This document shows, one piece after another, positions 13,756-27,900 of a stretch of 64,000 nt of DNA. Positions within the stretch are counted from its first letter, which is position 1. Each line of letters opens with the position of its first letter. The position numbers and the translations under genes were made by a program. The notes beneath the pieces are model-generated. The model did no database searches, was not told the DNA's origin, and was given only the letters and a program-made list of their open reading frames with translations. Origin of the DNA: Lama glama (Eukaryota); the NCBI GenBank assembly GCA_028534125.1, contig CM052817.1, positions 5,458,001-5,522,000 on the forward strand, written 5' to 3'.

Positions 13756-13953
<198 letters not shown>

Positions 13954-13974
13954 TCAGGGGGGCGATGGGGCAGC

Positions 13975-14062
13975 CACGCACACATGCACACACAGACACA
14001 GATACACACAGACACACACACAGACACATGCAAACACAGACATGTGCGCGCACACTGACCCA
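13975..14062. repeat. Degenerate (CA)n microsatellite just upstream of the NSG1 TM-exon acceptor; reads (TG)n in the pre-mRNA
   Basis: cacatgcacacacagacacagatacacacagacacacaca... Confidence 0.85.
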
Positions 14063-14574
14063 CACGCCGCTGTAGCAGGCAGTCTCTGGAAGGAGGGACA
14101 GAACACAGAACTGGGAGGCCTCTGGGGACAACAGGTCAGCAGAATCCCTTCACACTGACAACTTTTTGTACCATTTTCATCTTTTACCATATCCACATGG
14201 CATCTTTGTTTTTAATAAGCTATTTTTAGTATTCCAGGCCCTGTGTAGAGCTTGGGGTACAGATACCATCAGGCCTCATGGACATGGGACACACGATTGA
14301 GCTGTGGGTGCAGGTGGCCCATCTCATGCTGCCGGTCCTAGAGGGGACGCATCAGCCACCAGCTGGTCAGGTGTCCCCTAGATGTGCCCTGAGCCGGGAC
14401 CAGCTGAGCAAGACAGACTGACTCTCCTAGGTCCCCATCACCTCCACCCTCGACAGCTTCCTGCGTGTTCAGTTTGATCTGTCCCCTCCCTGGAGGGAAG
14501 TCCCCCGAGCACAGGGACCGGACTTTCTGCACTGCTGGACGCGGGCTCCCAGCACCGTGTGTGCAGCCAGAGCA

Positions 14575-15895
14575 TCATATAGAAACATTAACTCATGACG
14601 GATAAAGACTTGAACGTAAGACCTGAAACTGTAAACTCCTAGAAGAAAACACAGGTGATAAGCCCCTTGACACTGGTCTTGGCAATGATTTTTTGTATTT
14701 GACACTAAAAGCAAAGGCAACACAAGCGAACATGAACAAGTGGGACAACAGCAAACTAAAAAGCGGCTACACAGCAAAGGAAACCACCAGCAAAATGAAA
14801 AAGCAATGGTGGAAGTTCCTGTAAGTCATACGTAAGAGAATAATATACAAAATAAATTAAGAACTCTTATAACTCTAGAGCAAAAAACCCAAACAATCCA
14901 ACTAGAAAATGGGCAAAGAAACTGAACAGGCATTTTTCCCAAAGAAGACATGCAGATGGCCAACAGGTAGTACGTGAGAAGCGCTCCGCATCGCGAATCA
15001 TCAGAAAAATGCAAATCGAAGCCATGATGAGGTATCTGTACCTCACATCTACAGCTATTTTCAAAAAGACAAGAAATAAAAAGTGTTGGGGAGGACATGG
15101 AGGAACGAGAGCCCTCCTGCACCGCCAGTAGGAGTGCCAATTGGTGCAGCCAGTATGTTAAACACTATAGATTCCTCAGAAGAATTAAAACCAGAACTAC
15201 CATGTGATCCAGTCATTCCACTTTTGAGTATTTATTTGAAGGGAATGAAAACACTCACTTGAAAAGCTATCTGCACCCCGATGTTCACTGCAGCGTTATT
15301 TACAGTGGCCAAGATACAGGAGCAACCTAAGTGTCCATCGATGGATGGAAGGATAAAGTTGTGGCACATACATTCAATGGAATAATATTCAGCCATAGGA
15401 AGGAACTCTTGCCATTTGCAACAACACAGATGGACCTTGAGGGCATTATGCTGAGTGAAATAAGCCAGAGTAAGACAGATACCATTTGAGCTCACTTATA
15501 TGTGGAATCTTGAAAAAAAAACAAAACAAAAAGAGCTCATAGAAACAGAGAACAAATTGGCTTTACGAGAAGCAGTGGGGTAGGGCTGGAAGAAGTGAGT
15601 GAAGAGGGCCAAAAGGTACAAACTTCCAATTGTAAGACAAATACATCACGGGAATGTAATGTGCAGCATGGTGACTAGTTACCAATACTGTGTTGCATGG
15701 CTGAAGGTTGCTAAGGGAGTAGCTTCTTAAAAAGTGTAATCACAAGAAAAAAATCTGTAACTATGTGTGGTGACAGATGTTAACCAGACTTACAGTGTGA
15801 TCATTTTTCAGTGCACACAAACACTGAATCACTCTGTTGCACACTTGAAACTAACTGACGCTATATGTCAATTACATCTCAATTTTAAAAAAAGA
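14575..15895 (+). mobile_element. 5'-truncated LINE-1 (ORF2 3' end + 3'UTR, L1MA-like), antisense to NSG1
   Basis: L1 hallmarks: agaagaaaacacagg, aaatgggcaaagaaactgaacagg, ggaataatattcagccata, A-rich tail; ORF2 disrupted. Confidence 0.9.
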
Positions 15896-16561
15896 ATATG
15901 ATCTCAAGTCTTGGAGAGACGTGCATCCTTAAACCTGTCCCTTGAACTGGAAGCCACGTGGGGTTGGGTTCGCAGCGCCCCGTCTGTTCAGGTGTGAAAT
16001 AAGCCCCGGCTCTCTCAGCGGGGCTGTGAGGAAGCAGGTCCTCAGGGCTCTCCTCCTGGAACCTGGCCTGGGCGTTCCATCCAGGATTTCTGGACCTGAT
16101 GGCCACGAAGCTCACAGAACTGAGAAATGAGGACCTGACGGTCCCCAGAAGAGCCGAGGGAGAAAGCAAAGGAATCAATCCCTGGAGAGTCAGCAGGAGG
16201 CACCTGGTGTGGCAAAGCCCCACCCCCACCCCCAGGCGGTCCCTGCTACCCCGCCACCGACACCTCTACACTCTCCTGGCCCCTCCTGGGCCCCAGGGTC
16301 TGCTCAGACCTGGGAAGCACCCTGAGGGGTAAGAAATGCAGGTGCACAATTCACTGTGTGGCATGGTATCCCCTGTGGCCGCCACAGGCTGAGGAGCCTT
16401 TCCAGAAAGGCCCCAGCAAGCTCACAACTGGATCCCAGCTTGGCCACCTGCCACCTGTGTGACGCGCAGGTCGCCTCAGACCTCACCTCTCACACGTTTA
16501 TCAAGAGGATGACGAGATCACGGACTTGAGAGCACGCTGTCAGCCCCACATGCTGGGCCCC

Positions 16562-16975
16562 TGTTCCAGGTTGAATTGTGTCTCCCCCAAACCTCCCCAC
16601 AAAAGAACACACAAGCCCCAACCCCTGGTACCTGCAAATGTGACCTTATTTAGAAATACGGTCCTTGCAGGTGTGATTAAAGTAACCAAGCTCATTCGGG
16701 TGGGCCCTAATCCAACAGGACTGTGTCTTACGAAAGGGGGACATGAGGACCCAGGTGCACACAGGGAGCAGCCCCTTGAAGACAAGCCAAAGATGGCCAA
16801 GGAGTGCCAGCAACAGCCCCAGAAGCCAGGAAGAGGCAGGCTGCAGAGGGAGCGCGGCCCTGCCGACACCTTGACCTTGGACTTCTGGCCTCCGCAACCG
16901 TGAGACGTTACATTTCGGCTGTTCCGGCACCCTGGTCGGTGAGCTTTGTCACAGCCGTCCTAGCAAACTAAGGCA
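16562..16975 (+). mobile_element. MLT1 (ERVL-MaLR) solo LTR
   Basis: TG...CA ends; gtgaccttatttagaaata and gacttctggcctcc motifs; near-TSD GCCCC/GCCCG. Confidence 0.85.
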
Positions 16976-18508
16976 GCCCGCCGTGCCAGGGCTGTTTCAG
17001 GCAAGCACTCAGGACTGGCTCGCCTCCCTGGAAGGTCACCCTTGTCCCCCAGCACAGCCCTATAGCAGCCTTCTCTCCTCACCATTCAAAGCCCTGGCCA
17101 GGCCCACCACCCTCCAGGAGGGCTCTGGGACGCCCCAGCCTCTGGGCACCAGCAACACATGGTGCACCCCAGAACCCAGCATCCCCCCCTTTCCTGATTC
17201 AAGTGTAGTGAAAATGTGTCCCAGTTTGGAGAGTTTCATGAGCCTCCCTCACCTCCCCCAGCCCATGAGACAACTAGGAATATTCCAGAGCGAAGTGTGA
17301 AACACACCTGTTTCCTCCAGGCCCTGGGCGTACCCTTTGCCTTCTCTACAGGGAGCCCCATGGCTGTCCTCTCCAGGGCCAGGCTGTGGGGCTGGGGGCC
17401 AGGGCGTCCCTTGGGTGGAGGAAGGCTGTCTCCTTAGAGGCAGGGCCTTTCTTCCAGGGGCAACATCTCTAAGACACGCACGAGGCCCAGTACTGGGGCC
17501 TGTGATGCCTTTAGTGACCCAAGAAAATGGGTTTTACTTTTGTTTAAAAACCAGAAAGAAAAAGAGTAAGATAATAATGAATATATAATAATGAATCCAG
17601 CCTGGATTATGTCATCTTTAGACCAAGGTAGCCAGAAAATGTTCTGTTCTTTTTTTTTTTTTAAGGAGGAAAGGTCCCACAAAGGCAAAAGCACCTTGTG
17701 CCCCAAGGCCTTGCCTTCCTCCACCGACGGAATCCCCAGTGGCCAGTGGACGTTCCTGGGAGATCTGACAGCGGCCACCTTGGAGTGACCTTGGCCCGCT
17801 GCATCAGCCCTGGTCTCTGCTGAGTGGTTTTAACTCCTAAGAGTGTGGGGTGAGACCCGGGAGAGGAAAGCGGGAGGCAGGGCAGACACCTCTGTGGGGA
17901 AGGTGTCTAGGAGGCAGTGTTGGGTCCCGAAGGATGGGTGCTCCCCAGGGAAGCTCGGGAAAGGCTGCTCTTGTCAGAGGGAGGGGGGACTGTGCCAAAG
18001 CCTTGAGGCTTTCAGGACACAGCATGTTCAGCCAGTGTGGCTGGAGCATCACACGTCCTCTGGGGGAGGGGATGTGAGCCAGGTGACAAGGGATCCCATG
18101 TGCCACACCAAGAGGTGGGAACCCAGGTGCTGCAGGATTCCAGGAGGCGCTGCCTCTTTATGATGCCCCAAATTAGCACTCCTTGCAGCGCTGGGAGGCA
18201 TTGCCAGTTGCCTGAAGGACGGGTGTTAGCTACTGATTTACACGTGTGTGTGTGCACGTGTGTGTTAAAGCAGATTCTACATGCTCCCTAAATTTACATG
18301 ACTTCTGCACAGCTGTCAATAAACACTCTAAAGCAGGAGGTGATGGGGTGAAATTACAGCTACTGTACAGGGATTTGTACTCATTACCACGTGTCCTCTG
18401 GTGTGTGCCCCATGGTGGCCCTCGGTGGCCCAGACCCCACTGCTGCAGGAAGGGGGCTGTTAGGCACAGTGTGTGGGAGCAGCAGGGGTCGGGGAGGGGG
18501 GCCTGGTG

Positions 18509-18880
18509 CAGGGTTTCTAACATGTCTGTGCCACGGACCTCTTTGGCAGCCAGGTGAAATTGGTAAATCCTTCTCAGAATCACGCTTAACATGCAGAAAA
18601 CACTATACAAAGGGGAAAAAAACACTTCTAGTGAAGTACTGTTATCAAAACACTGCAAAAATGTAGATTTGCGATATAATATATATGCTTCCTTATTAAC
18701 ACATCAAACAACAAGATCTTACACTATTGTGATTTCAGAGGAATGATGAGACCAAACGCTTCCCCAAATCTTGGCAACAACTGCAGTGTGATACCAAAAC
18801 GCCTGTGGTTTGCACTGGCGAAAGGCACGGGTATCGCTAACACTACTGTAGCTTACTGCCTACAGCAAAACGTGAAAGAA
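18509..18880 (+). mobile_element. hAT-Charlie DNA transposon relic (MER119/Charlie7-like)
   Basis: cagggtttctaac...gtgccacggacctctttggcag...ccttctcagaat resembles the recalled MER119 5' end. Confidence 0.55.
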
Positions 18881-18889
18881 TGCTTCCAC

Positions 18890-20562
18890 TGCAAACTGTA
18901 AGACGCTGCTGAAAGAAATTAAAGAAGATCCAAATAAATGGAAAGAGATCTAGGACTGGAAGACTTAATATTAAGATGGGACTACTTTCCAAACTGATGC
19001 ACAGATTCAGTGCAATCCCCATCAAAATCCCAACAGCCTTTTTCGCAGAATTGGAAATTACAAGGGATCGTGAAGAGCCAAGGCAATCTTGAAAACAAAG
19101 AATAAGTGGGAGGATTCACACTTCCCAATTTCAAAACTTACTGCAAAGCTGCAGTAATCAAAACAGTGTGGCACTGGCTTCAGAACGGCTACATAAATCA
19201 GTGCAATAGAATGGAAAGTCCAGAACTAAAACCACGTGTCCACAGTCTGATTTTTGATAAGGATGCCAAGACATCCATGGGGCAAAAACGGCTTCTTCAA
19301 CAAGTGGCGTTGGGACAACTGGGTATCTATCTGCACACAAAAGAATCGAGTTGGACCCTGACCTCACACCACATACAAAAATTAACTCAAAATGAAATGA
19401 AGACCTAAATATAAAAGCCAAAGCCATAAAACTCTTAGAAGAAAACTGAGAGGTAAATCTTCATGACCTTGGATTTGGCAATGGTGTCTTAGATACGACA
19501 CCAAAAGCACAACCAACAAAAACAAAAAATAAATTGTACTTCACCAAAATTAAAAAATTTTTGTGCCTTAAACACAAGCAAGAAAGTGAAAAGGAAGCCC
19601 AAAAAATATAGAGAATACCTGCAAATGATATAGCTGGTAAGGCTTTAGTTTCCAGAATATAAAAGGAAATCTTACAACAACAGAAAGACAAACCACCCAA
19701 TTAAAAATGGGAAAGGACTTGAATTAGACGGCTCTCCGAAGAAGATAAACAAACGGCCAGCAGGCAGAGGAAAAGACACAGTATCATTAGCCACTGGAAA
19801 ACGCAGAGCAAAAGCACAATGAGATACCACTTCACACCCACTAGAACAGCTGTAATAAACATAAATAAACAAGGAACAAGTGCTGGTGAGGATATGAAGA
19901 AAGTGAAAACCTCGTACACTGCTGGTGGGAATGTAAAATGGTGCAGCTGCTGTGGAGCACAGCAGTTCCTGGATGTGCTAAACATAAAAGCACCACGCAG
20001 ACTGGCAATTCCACTCCTGGGTACGTACCCAAGAAAACTCAAAGCAGGTGCTCACAGAAACTTGGACGTGAACGATCACTGCAGCACTATTCACATTTAA
20101 CCAAAAGGTGGAAAGGACCCAAACGTCCATCCGTGGATGAATGGATAAACAAAATGCAGTGCATCCGTACAAGGGAGCATTACTCAGCCACAAAGAGATA
20201 CAAAGCACTGATACAGACTACAACATGATGGACCCTGAGAACACGATCCTCAGTGAGTATTATCCTATCATACAAGACCGCATCTTGGATGATTCCATTT
20301 ACATGAAATGTCCAGAACAGGGAAGTGCAGAGAGACAGAAAGCAAATTCGTGGCTGCTCAGGGCTGAGGGGAGGGGGAACCAGAGAGTGACTGACAATGG
20401 GTGTGTGGTCCCCTCTGGGGGTGATGAAAATGTTCTGGAACCAGTGAGTGGTGATGGTTGGACAACACTGTGAATGTACGAGATGTCACTGAATTGAACA
20501 CTTCACAATGGTAAATTTCATGTATATTTTGTATTCTATTTTACTACCAAAAAAAAAAAAAA
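18890..20562 (+). mobile_element. 5'-truncated LINE-1 (L1MB/MC-like), antisense to NSG1
   Basis: Degenerate ORF2 peptide (GGFTLPNFKTYCKAAVIKTVWHW), L1MB-type 3'UTR (ggtgatgaaaatgttctggaa), A14 tail. Confidence 0.92.
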
Positions 20563-21260
20563 AGAGCCAGAGACGGGAGGCTGGGGTCAGCACTGGCTGT
20601 GGCGGGTTCCCGACAAGACCGTGAGCCCAGAGAAAAGAGGGCCGGGGGAGGTGGTTCTGGAAAGAACAGCCAGGAATGGTTAGCAAATAGGATCTGGGCC
20701 TGGGGGTGAACTTTATAGGGAGTTTGTAAGGCGAGGACCATGCGTCCTAGATGCTCAGGAAGGTCCCAGTGGACGGTTACTGCCTCAGCATCCCCAAATG
20801 CACAGTGTCACCCTCACAAGTGTCCCAGTCTGGGCCATAAGTTGCACGGCTGCTCCACTGACAAGGCCCTGGCCCTCGTGCCTGCCCCCTCAGCGTTCAC
20901 CATGGGCAGGCAATCAGCAGTCCCCCGACCTCACAGACGAGGGGCTGGCGCAGCATTTGAACCGGCTGTGTTCCCAACTGCTCTTTCTGGTCTGGGACCT
21001 CTTCTCCTGCTGGAGGCCCCCAGGGACCCCGGCCCAGCTGGGGTGGGGACGGAGGCGTCTGCAGCAGGCGTCTGCACCCCACGGACCCCATGCAGCTGCT
21101 GAGGAGGAAGGCAGAGCATGGCGGGCTGGGTATCAGATGGGTGTGGGTCTGAATCCTACCTCCACCCTCGGTGATCAGCCGGCCTCGGGCCTGTTCCTCT
21201 CTGACCTGAATCCCCCACCTCCAAAACCAGGACGAGATCAACCTTCAAGACTGTTACTAG

Positions 21261-21403
21261 GGGGGAAGGTGCAGTGCAGTGGCAGCGCGCATGCCTAGCA
21301 CGCCCGAGGACCTGGGTGCACCTCCCAGTGCCTCTGTTTAAAATAATTAATTCAGTAAATAATTACCTCCCCCCATTAAAAAATTTTTTTAATTAAAAAA
21401 AAA
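21261..21403 (+). mobile_element. Diverged copy of the tRNA-derived SINE
   Basis: Aligns by eye with the 41010 copy (…gcatgcctagcacgc…cctgggt…taattacctcc, A tail); A and B boxes decayed. Confidence 0.7.
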
Positions 21404-24400
21404 AGACTGTAACTAAGGGCCCAAGCAGACACTGGGTCATCCTTACTCTCCACTCTCCGCCCTCTCACCCTGGGGGGGGGGGGGAGGAAATGTGCTTTTC
21501 TGCTGAGTAATGCAGTTTAAAAAAAAAATCTTGGAAAAATAACATGAATCCTGACCTCTCCAAACGCTGACAGTGCTAAATATTTTAGGAAACCCAGACA
21601 AAGTGAACACACAGACATTTCTCCCCCACAGATGATTCAACCCACTTAATTACCTGACTGTGGAGGAAGCCCCCCACTAGGCTAGGCTGGAAAACCGTGG
21701 GCTCTGCAGACCACAGAGGGGGGCGGCAAGCCCTGCGTGATGCTCTGCGGAAGGCCACAGGGTGTCAAAATGCATTTCCAGGCTCCCCAGTGCCACCGCG
21801 GGAAGGCCGCCCCCACCACTGAGTGCCAAGGAAACAGTGTCGCCAGTCATAAATATTTAACAGGTGCATCTTGAGACACACCGGGGGATTACTGGAAGCT
21901 CAAGGTCGTTAAGGATGTCAGAAAAGACACCAACTACCCACAGAGTCATGTGTGGTGGGAGGCAAAGGGACCCCTGCTACAACACAGGGAGACCCTTCAA
22001 ACCAACCCGGTCACTCCTTGTGGGACATTCTCCCAGCTCTGTGCAAGGCTGAACCTGGAACCTCTTAAAGCCCCGAAGGCAACATGGTGCCAGGTGAGGG
22101 TGTGTGGCTTGCTCACCCGAGTCCTGAACCCACAAGGACCAGCGTGTCGATCTCAGAGGGGTCAGCACCCCTCCATCGCTGCAGCCACAGCACGTACCTT
22201 ACTTTCCTGTAACCTGCCTAATTGCGCCCCCTCCAACCTCCAAGCGTTAAGAAGTGGCCCCAGCAGCACAGTGACCCGCCACTCCGCATGGGTGAGTGGG
22301 AAAGTGCAATTAAAAACATATTTAGGTTTAGTTAATTTGAGAAACATCTCAGCTCATGTTTATTCTTGGCATAAATACACCTTCAAATAATTAAACGGCC
22401 TCTTTCCTCGTTGACACTAACCTCTTCGGAAGCCCAGACTTTGGGTCGCTGCCGGGTGAGTCACCCAGCAATCCCAGTGCAGCAGAGTCACACCAAGCCC
22501 TTCCCCCAGCCAGCAGTTACCTAGCAACTAGCCTAGCAACCTCGTAGCCCAGAGATTAATCCCCGGGTGATAATCATAAAGCAACATCCAAAAAGACATC
22601 CCATCTCAAGGATGCCGTCCAAAGGTACAGAAGGACGGGGCACACTGCAGCGGCACCTCACTCCCGAGCTCCACAAATTATAGACAAAAGGAGAGCACAA
22701 TATTGACTTGTTGCTTCAACAGCTGGAAGGCACAATTTCCTTCCTGCCATTCACACACGGAGTCCAAAAAAAGCACAAAGAGATGGCCGGGGTGGGGAGC
22801 CACATGGATGCTGCCCGGTCACCAGCAGGATGAGGAAGATGTTCTGTCCCAGCCAAAGCTGTGACTCACCCCCAAGCAGGGGTGGGGAGTGGGGGGCTGC
22901 AGGTCCTCATCTCCGTCCTTCCCTCACACATGCAGCTCAAGTACAACCTTTTGCCGGCTCACATCCCCGTTTTCCAAAAGCAAGCCCCAAGCCCTCGAAC
23001 AGCTGATGCCTCCCACAAGAGAAGCATGCATTCAGACACATCAGAAACATAATGGGTGGTAAACGACCAGGAGAACATTCTGGAAGGGTGAGTACCTTTA
23101 GCATTTCCAAAAGCACAAGCCCTCCTCTTGTGCTAGAAGAGAGCCCTGCCCATAAAAGGTTACAAACTCATTACCATGAGGATCACCTGGAGAGCTTGTT
23201 ACAATGCCCGTCCTAGGGTCCAGGGTCCCTGTTAAATAGAACTTCAGGTGGTTCCAATGCAGGCCGGCTGCCTCCCACACACAGACCCCGCAGTGGGCGC
23301 ACAGGGGACCAGGTAAGCCTGCTTCCTGTTCAGAAGGGCCCTGGAGCAAAGGCAGGCTGTGCAGGTCGGGCCCACGGGTCACACTGGCCAGGTGCCTGGG
23401 CTCAGAGCTCGCTCTGCCGCGCAGTGACTGTGACACTGCGCAGGTCACCTGCCAACTGAGTGACCACCTGCAGAGGGCTCACATCCAGGCGTGGCCAGAG
23501 AGGGCTCCCTCAGGAACTGCCATCCAACTCACCCAACAGGCGAGAGTCCCAAGAGCAGCCTGGGAAACGACACCAGGCCCCCACTCCCGCGGGGCCGGCA
23601 GCCCTCTCGGCCATCCCCGGACGTTCGGAGCCGTCACTGTGAGCGTGCCCAGCACCGGCGGGGAGGTGGCAGGCCGCTCTTCTCCTGCCTGGCACAGAGG
23701 GCCTAGAAAGTCCTGTCCGCACCCAGAGACCTCGGTGCCATCAGGCTGCCTGAGGTGGCTCAGGGGCCACCTGCTTCCCCCAGGTCACCAACTCAGGTTG
23801 CTGGGCCTTTGTGTACAAGGGCCACCCCACTCACTCGAAGAGAAGCACAGGCCGGGGAAAGGGGCCTGGACACTGCGACAGAAAAGGAAGGGAAAGCAGA
23901 AAAATGATGCTTACGTGGGGGAGGGCGTGGGGTATGCAGGCCCCCCATGTCCGAAGGCTGCTGGGAAGGAGGGGGACTTGTGCCCCTGAGGGCCTTGGGG
24001 CTGCAGCTACTGGGAAAGGGTTTCAAATCCACAAAGGAACACGCTTCTTAGAAGCAGCACAGTGGGTCGCCTGGGGCTGAGAGCGTCCCCTGCGAACCTG
24101 TCCTCCAGAAGGAGGCGCCTGGACCTCAGGTGCTACAGACAAAAGCAGGCCGCCCGGTCCGAGATCTCTGCCTCGGGTCCCCGCGGCTGTAAAGCGCAGA
24201 TAATAATGGTGCCCACCCCGTGAGGTTTCTGAGGATAAAATGAGACCAGGAGTGTAACGAGCCTGGCCCGTGGGAGCGCTCCAGAGCTGGTCCATGCGGC
24301 CACTGGCTCGGTACGGGGGGGGGGGGGGGCACTGGAAGCACCAGGAGGTGAGGTTAATCCCAGGAGTCTTCACGGCAGAGGCGGTATCTGAGCCGGCACT

Positions 24401-26597
24401 AGAAGGTGACGGAAGGGGAATCGGTTCTAGGAGTCGGAAGGCGGGGTCCGCAGGGAGGCGCGTACGGCAGGAGGCGTGGTGGGAGGGCACTGGGCTTGCA
24501 GACAGAGTGGTGGGGGGTGACCCCCTGGGACCAACAGCCTCATTTGCAAAAGGGGCTGTGATGCTGTGAATCATAAGGAGGCCACAGATCTGAGTGAACG
24601 GACATGCCTGGTCCATTTCTGTATGGAACTAGGGAAATGGACCCACTGCAGGGCAATAACCCCCTGAGCACCTACTGTATACACCACCTTCTCGGGCATC
24701 CCCAGGAGGCGGGAGCAGGTGGGAGCCACCACAACCCGATCCACTGGGATGGGCACTGATCTTCTGGGCCCTCGGGTTCTGGGCAACTGGAGCCAAGTAA
24801 CCACACAATGGCCCCACTGTGGCTACCAAGAGCCCTGGTGGCCTATGTGCGTCACCCACACCTTAAACAAGGGACCTGGGGACCTGCATCAGGTGAGCGT
24901 GCATGCAAAGCACAAAGGCCCCCGGAGGCAGGGTTTGGCACACAACTGACACTCAACAGATAAAGGGACGGCCGTTCAAGTGCCACAAAGCTCCTCGCTC
25001 CATGGGGACCCAAGATGCTGGGCCCAGGAGAGGCAAAGTTCAAGTTAGGGATGAAAAACCCAGACAGTGTCCACCATCAGGATGACAGCTGTTATGACCT
25101 TGAAACCGAGGTCACTGCTGCCTCAGCCAGGGGCTGCTCCCAGGGCGTGAACAGGGAGGGCCGTGCAAACAGCCACAGACTCAGCACATGCCAAACTGGC
25201 CTGCCAGAGCCGGAGAGAGATGCTGACCTCGGGTCAGTCTCACCTGGTCCCCCATGAACCTCAAAACAATGAGCTGCCAGGCCAGGAGGTGCTAGAAGAG
25301 CACCTCAGCCTAAATACCCTCCTGAGGCCACCAGCAGAAACTATGGGCCTCTCTGTGCCTCAACTTCCCCATCTGTAAAATGGGTTAAACTAACAGCACC
25401 TGTTTCTTGGGGGAGCTGCTGGGAGGACTGGATGAGTGAACACAAGTAAATGCACCCCCAGACACAAAAGGTGGCAACTCCAATGCAATCCTCTGGCCTG
25501 GCAGGTTTTTCTCCAGCCCCAGGAGGCATCACAGAGAGGTGGGAAGAAGATTTAAAGTCATATTATGCCCAGGTGCCCACAGTCACCCCACGAAGCCACC
25601 TCGCCGTCCGGGCATCACTTTCATCTCTTAGCCAGTTCACAGGGCTGCCGTGGAGGTGGAAAAGGACACCGTGTATGCAAAGGGGCTTTGGAAACTGTGG
25701 GGCTGTTGCAGTGAGCGGGCAGCTGTGCCCCCGGCAAAAGCAAACAGCTCCCACATCCACGTGGGGGGCAACCAGGGAGCCAGCCGAGGCTAGTCTTCAA
25801 GGCCTGGGTGACACACTGCTGGCTCCCAAATCACTCTCTTGAATCTAAGTTAGGGGCCTCATTTTACCATCTCTCATGTTTCCCAAAGAACAAGTTTCCA
25901 GAAGATTCATATCCTAACTTGTTCCTCAACCAACCCAGCTGCCTCCACCCTCTGAGGCCCCCAGACTCAGTGGAAAAGACTGTCCCCAGGCCCAGCTGTC
26001 CCTGCCCTGCCTGAAGAACCATCCAGAGCAAGGCTTCCCTCCCCAAAGCGAGCACTTCCAGCAACCAGTGTACAGCGCCGGCCAAGCCCCACACCCCTGC
26101 ATTGTGCCCGGGGTGGCGACAGATGTAGTGTGAACACGAGGGCTCTGGACTGGATGACCTCTGGATCCTGGCCTTGCCACGAAGAGCTGTGACCACCCTG
26201 TGCTTCAACCTCCCCATCTGCAAAATGGGTGACATAGATAGCACTGACCTCCCGGGGAGGGCTGCTCACATGAGCCCGCAAATGTAAAGGCTCAGCCTGG
26301 TCTTGCACCAGATGAGTTACAACAGGCTGCTTTTTTATTACCATCTGCCCCTTCCCAGAACTGTAGGTAAAGATTTTTAATGTTTGGTAAGTGACCTTCC
26401 ATATGTTTCTAACCTTCGTCTAAAAGAAAGTTTAGAAATTTTCCCTGTTATTAAAACTAAGTAATAGGTGATCATTTTGGAAGATAAAAGAAGAAATTTG
26501 TAAAAATCACGAAGTGGGTTTCGCACATGTGGGATCAGCCCAGAGAGACGGTGTCTCATCCTGTTCCCCGTCACTCCCTGGTCATCTCTGCAGCTCA

Positions 26598-26816
<219 letters not shown>

Positions 26817-27699
26817 TCAGACACACCTGCCCCAAAAAGAAGGGTATGGGAACCCTCAAGTTCAAAGTCACCATTTGGCCAGGAAGTCTTTGAGAGAATA
26901 GCCACTTCTTAGAAATCTCCTCTGTGCCAAGACTTTCAGAGAAATTACCCATTAATAATCCTGATAGCAGCCCCAGGAGGGAAATATGATAACAGTGGGG
27001 CAGAGAAGTTAAGCTCATTGGCCAAGGCCTCGTACTTAACAGGTGGCAGGGCTTACAGGCATCAGCGGGGCTCCCTTCACTGCCCAGAGCTTCATCAGCC
27101 CAGGTGGTGGGGAGGATGCACTTGGCTTTTCACTCGTCTTTACTGGCGGCCGCCACGGGTAAATGAGAAGATGCACACGCATTTTTCCCCTTCAGGACTA
27201 GGAAGGAGCAGGCAGCCAGCCTTCAGGGAAATTGATCATGGGGAGTCTGTCTGTCTCCACCCCGCTCCCCTCCTCTCTCTGGGTCTCTGCAACAGCCCTT
27301 AAAGGGTCAGCCCGCTCTGTTCCCCCTCCCCTCTGCACTGTGAAGCAGGAGATGTTTTTCCAACCAGGAAACCTGCTCCGCCTCTGCCCAGGGCAAACCC
27401 TCTCCTGCCTCTCCCTTCCCCCCTTTGCCCGCAGCTCTCCCTCCGTGCCCAGCGTGGCAGCCTGTGTGTGCCCCTCCACCAACCCCAGGTGCCTGTCTCT
27501 CAGCAGCGCCTGGGCCTCACCCTGCCATCCTCCAAGCCCACCTGGACCTGAGTAGCCGTGTGATCCTGAGCACACACTCGGCCACTCGGAAACCCCGTGT
27601 CCTGGCCTGTGAAATGGGAGGAAAGCCTGTTGGTTGGGCTACTGCAAAGAAGAGGAACTCCATGAACCCCCGGCCCAGGGGGGACCCCATTAGCATTCA

Positions 27700-27900
27700 T
27701 CAGCCCAGATTCAGTCGGCCTCTGCCACTAATAGGCCAAGTGACTTCAGGCAAGTTCCTTAAACTTTCTGTGCCTCCATTTCCACATCTGTAAAATGAGG
27801 TGATAGTGGTAGTTCCCTCCTAATATCAGGACATTAAAGGAGTTGAAAGCTGTCAAGCATGCAGGTGGGCGCCTGGTGCACAGCAAGCATTCAACACAGG
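27700..27900 (+). mobile_element. MIR SINE
   Basis: gtgacttcaggcaagttccttaaactttctgtgcctccatttccacatctgtaaaatgagg. Confidence 0.75.

Noticed and set aside
19106..19408. ORF resembling L1 ORF2 protein
   Set aside because: Fragment of a 5'-truncated, frameshifted L1; not a functional gene
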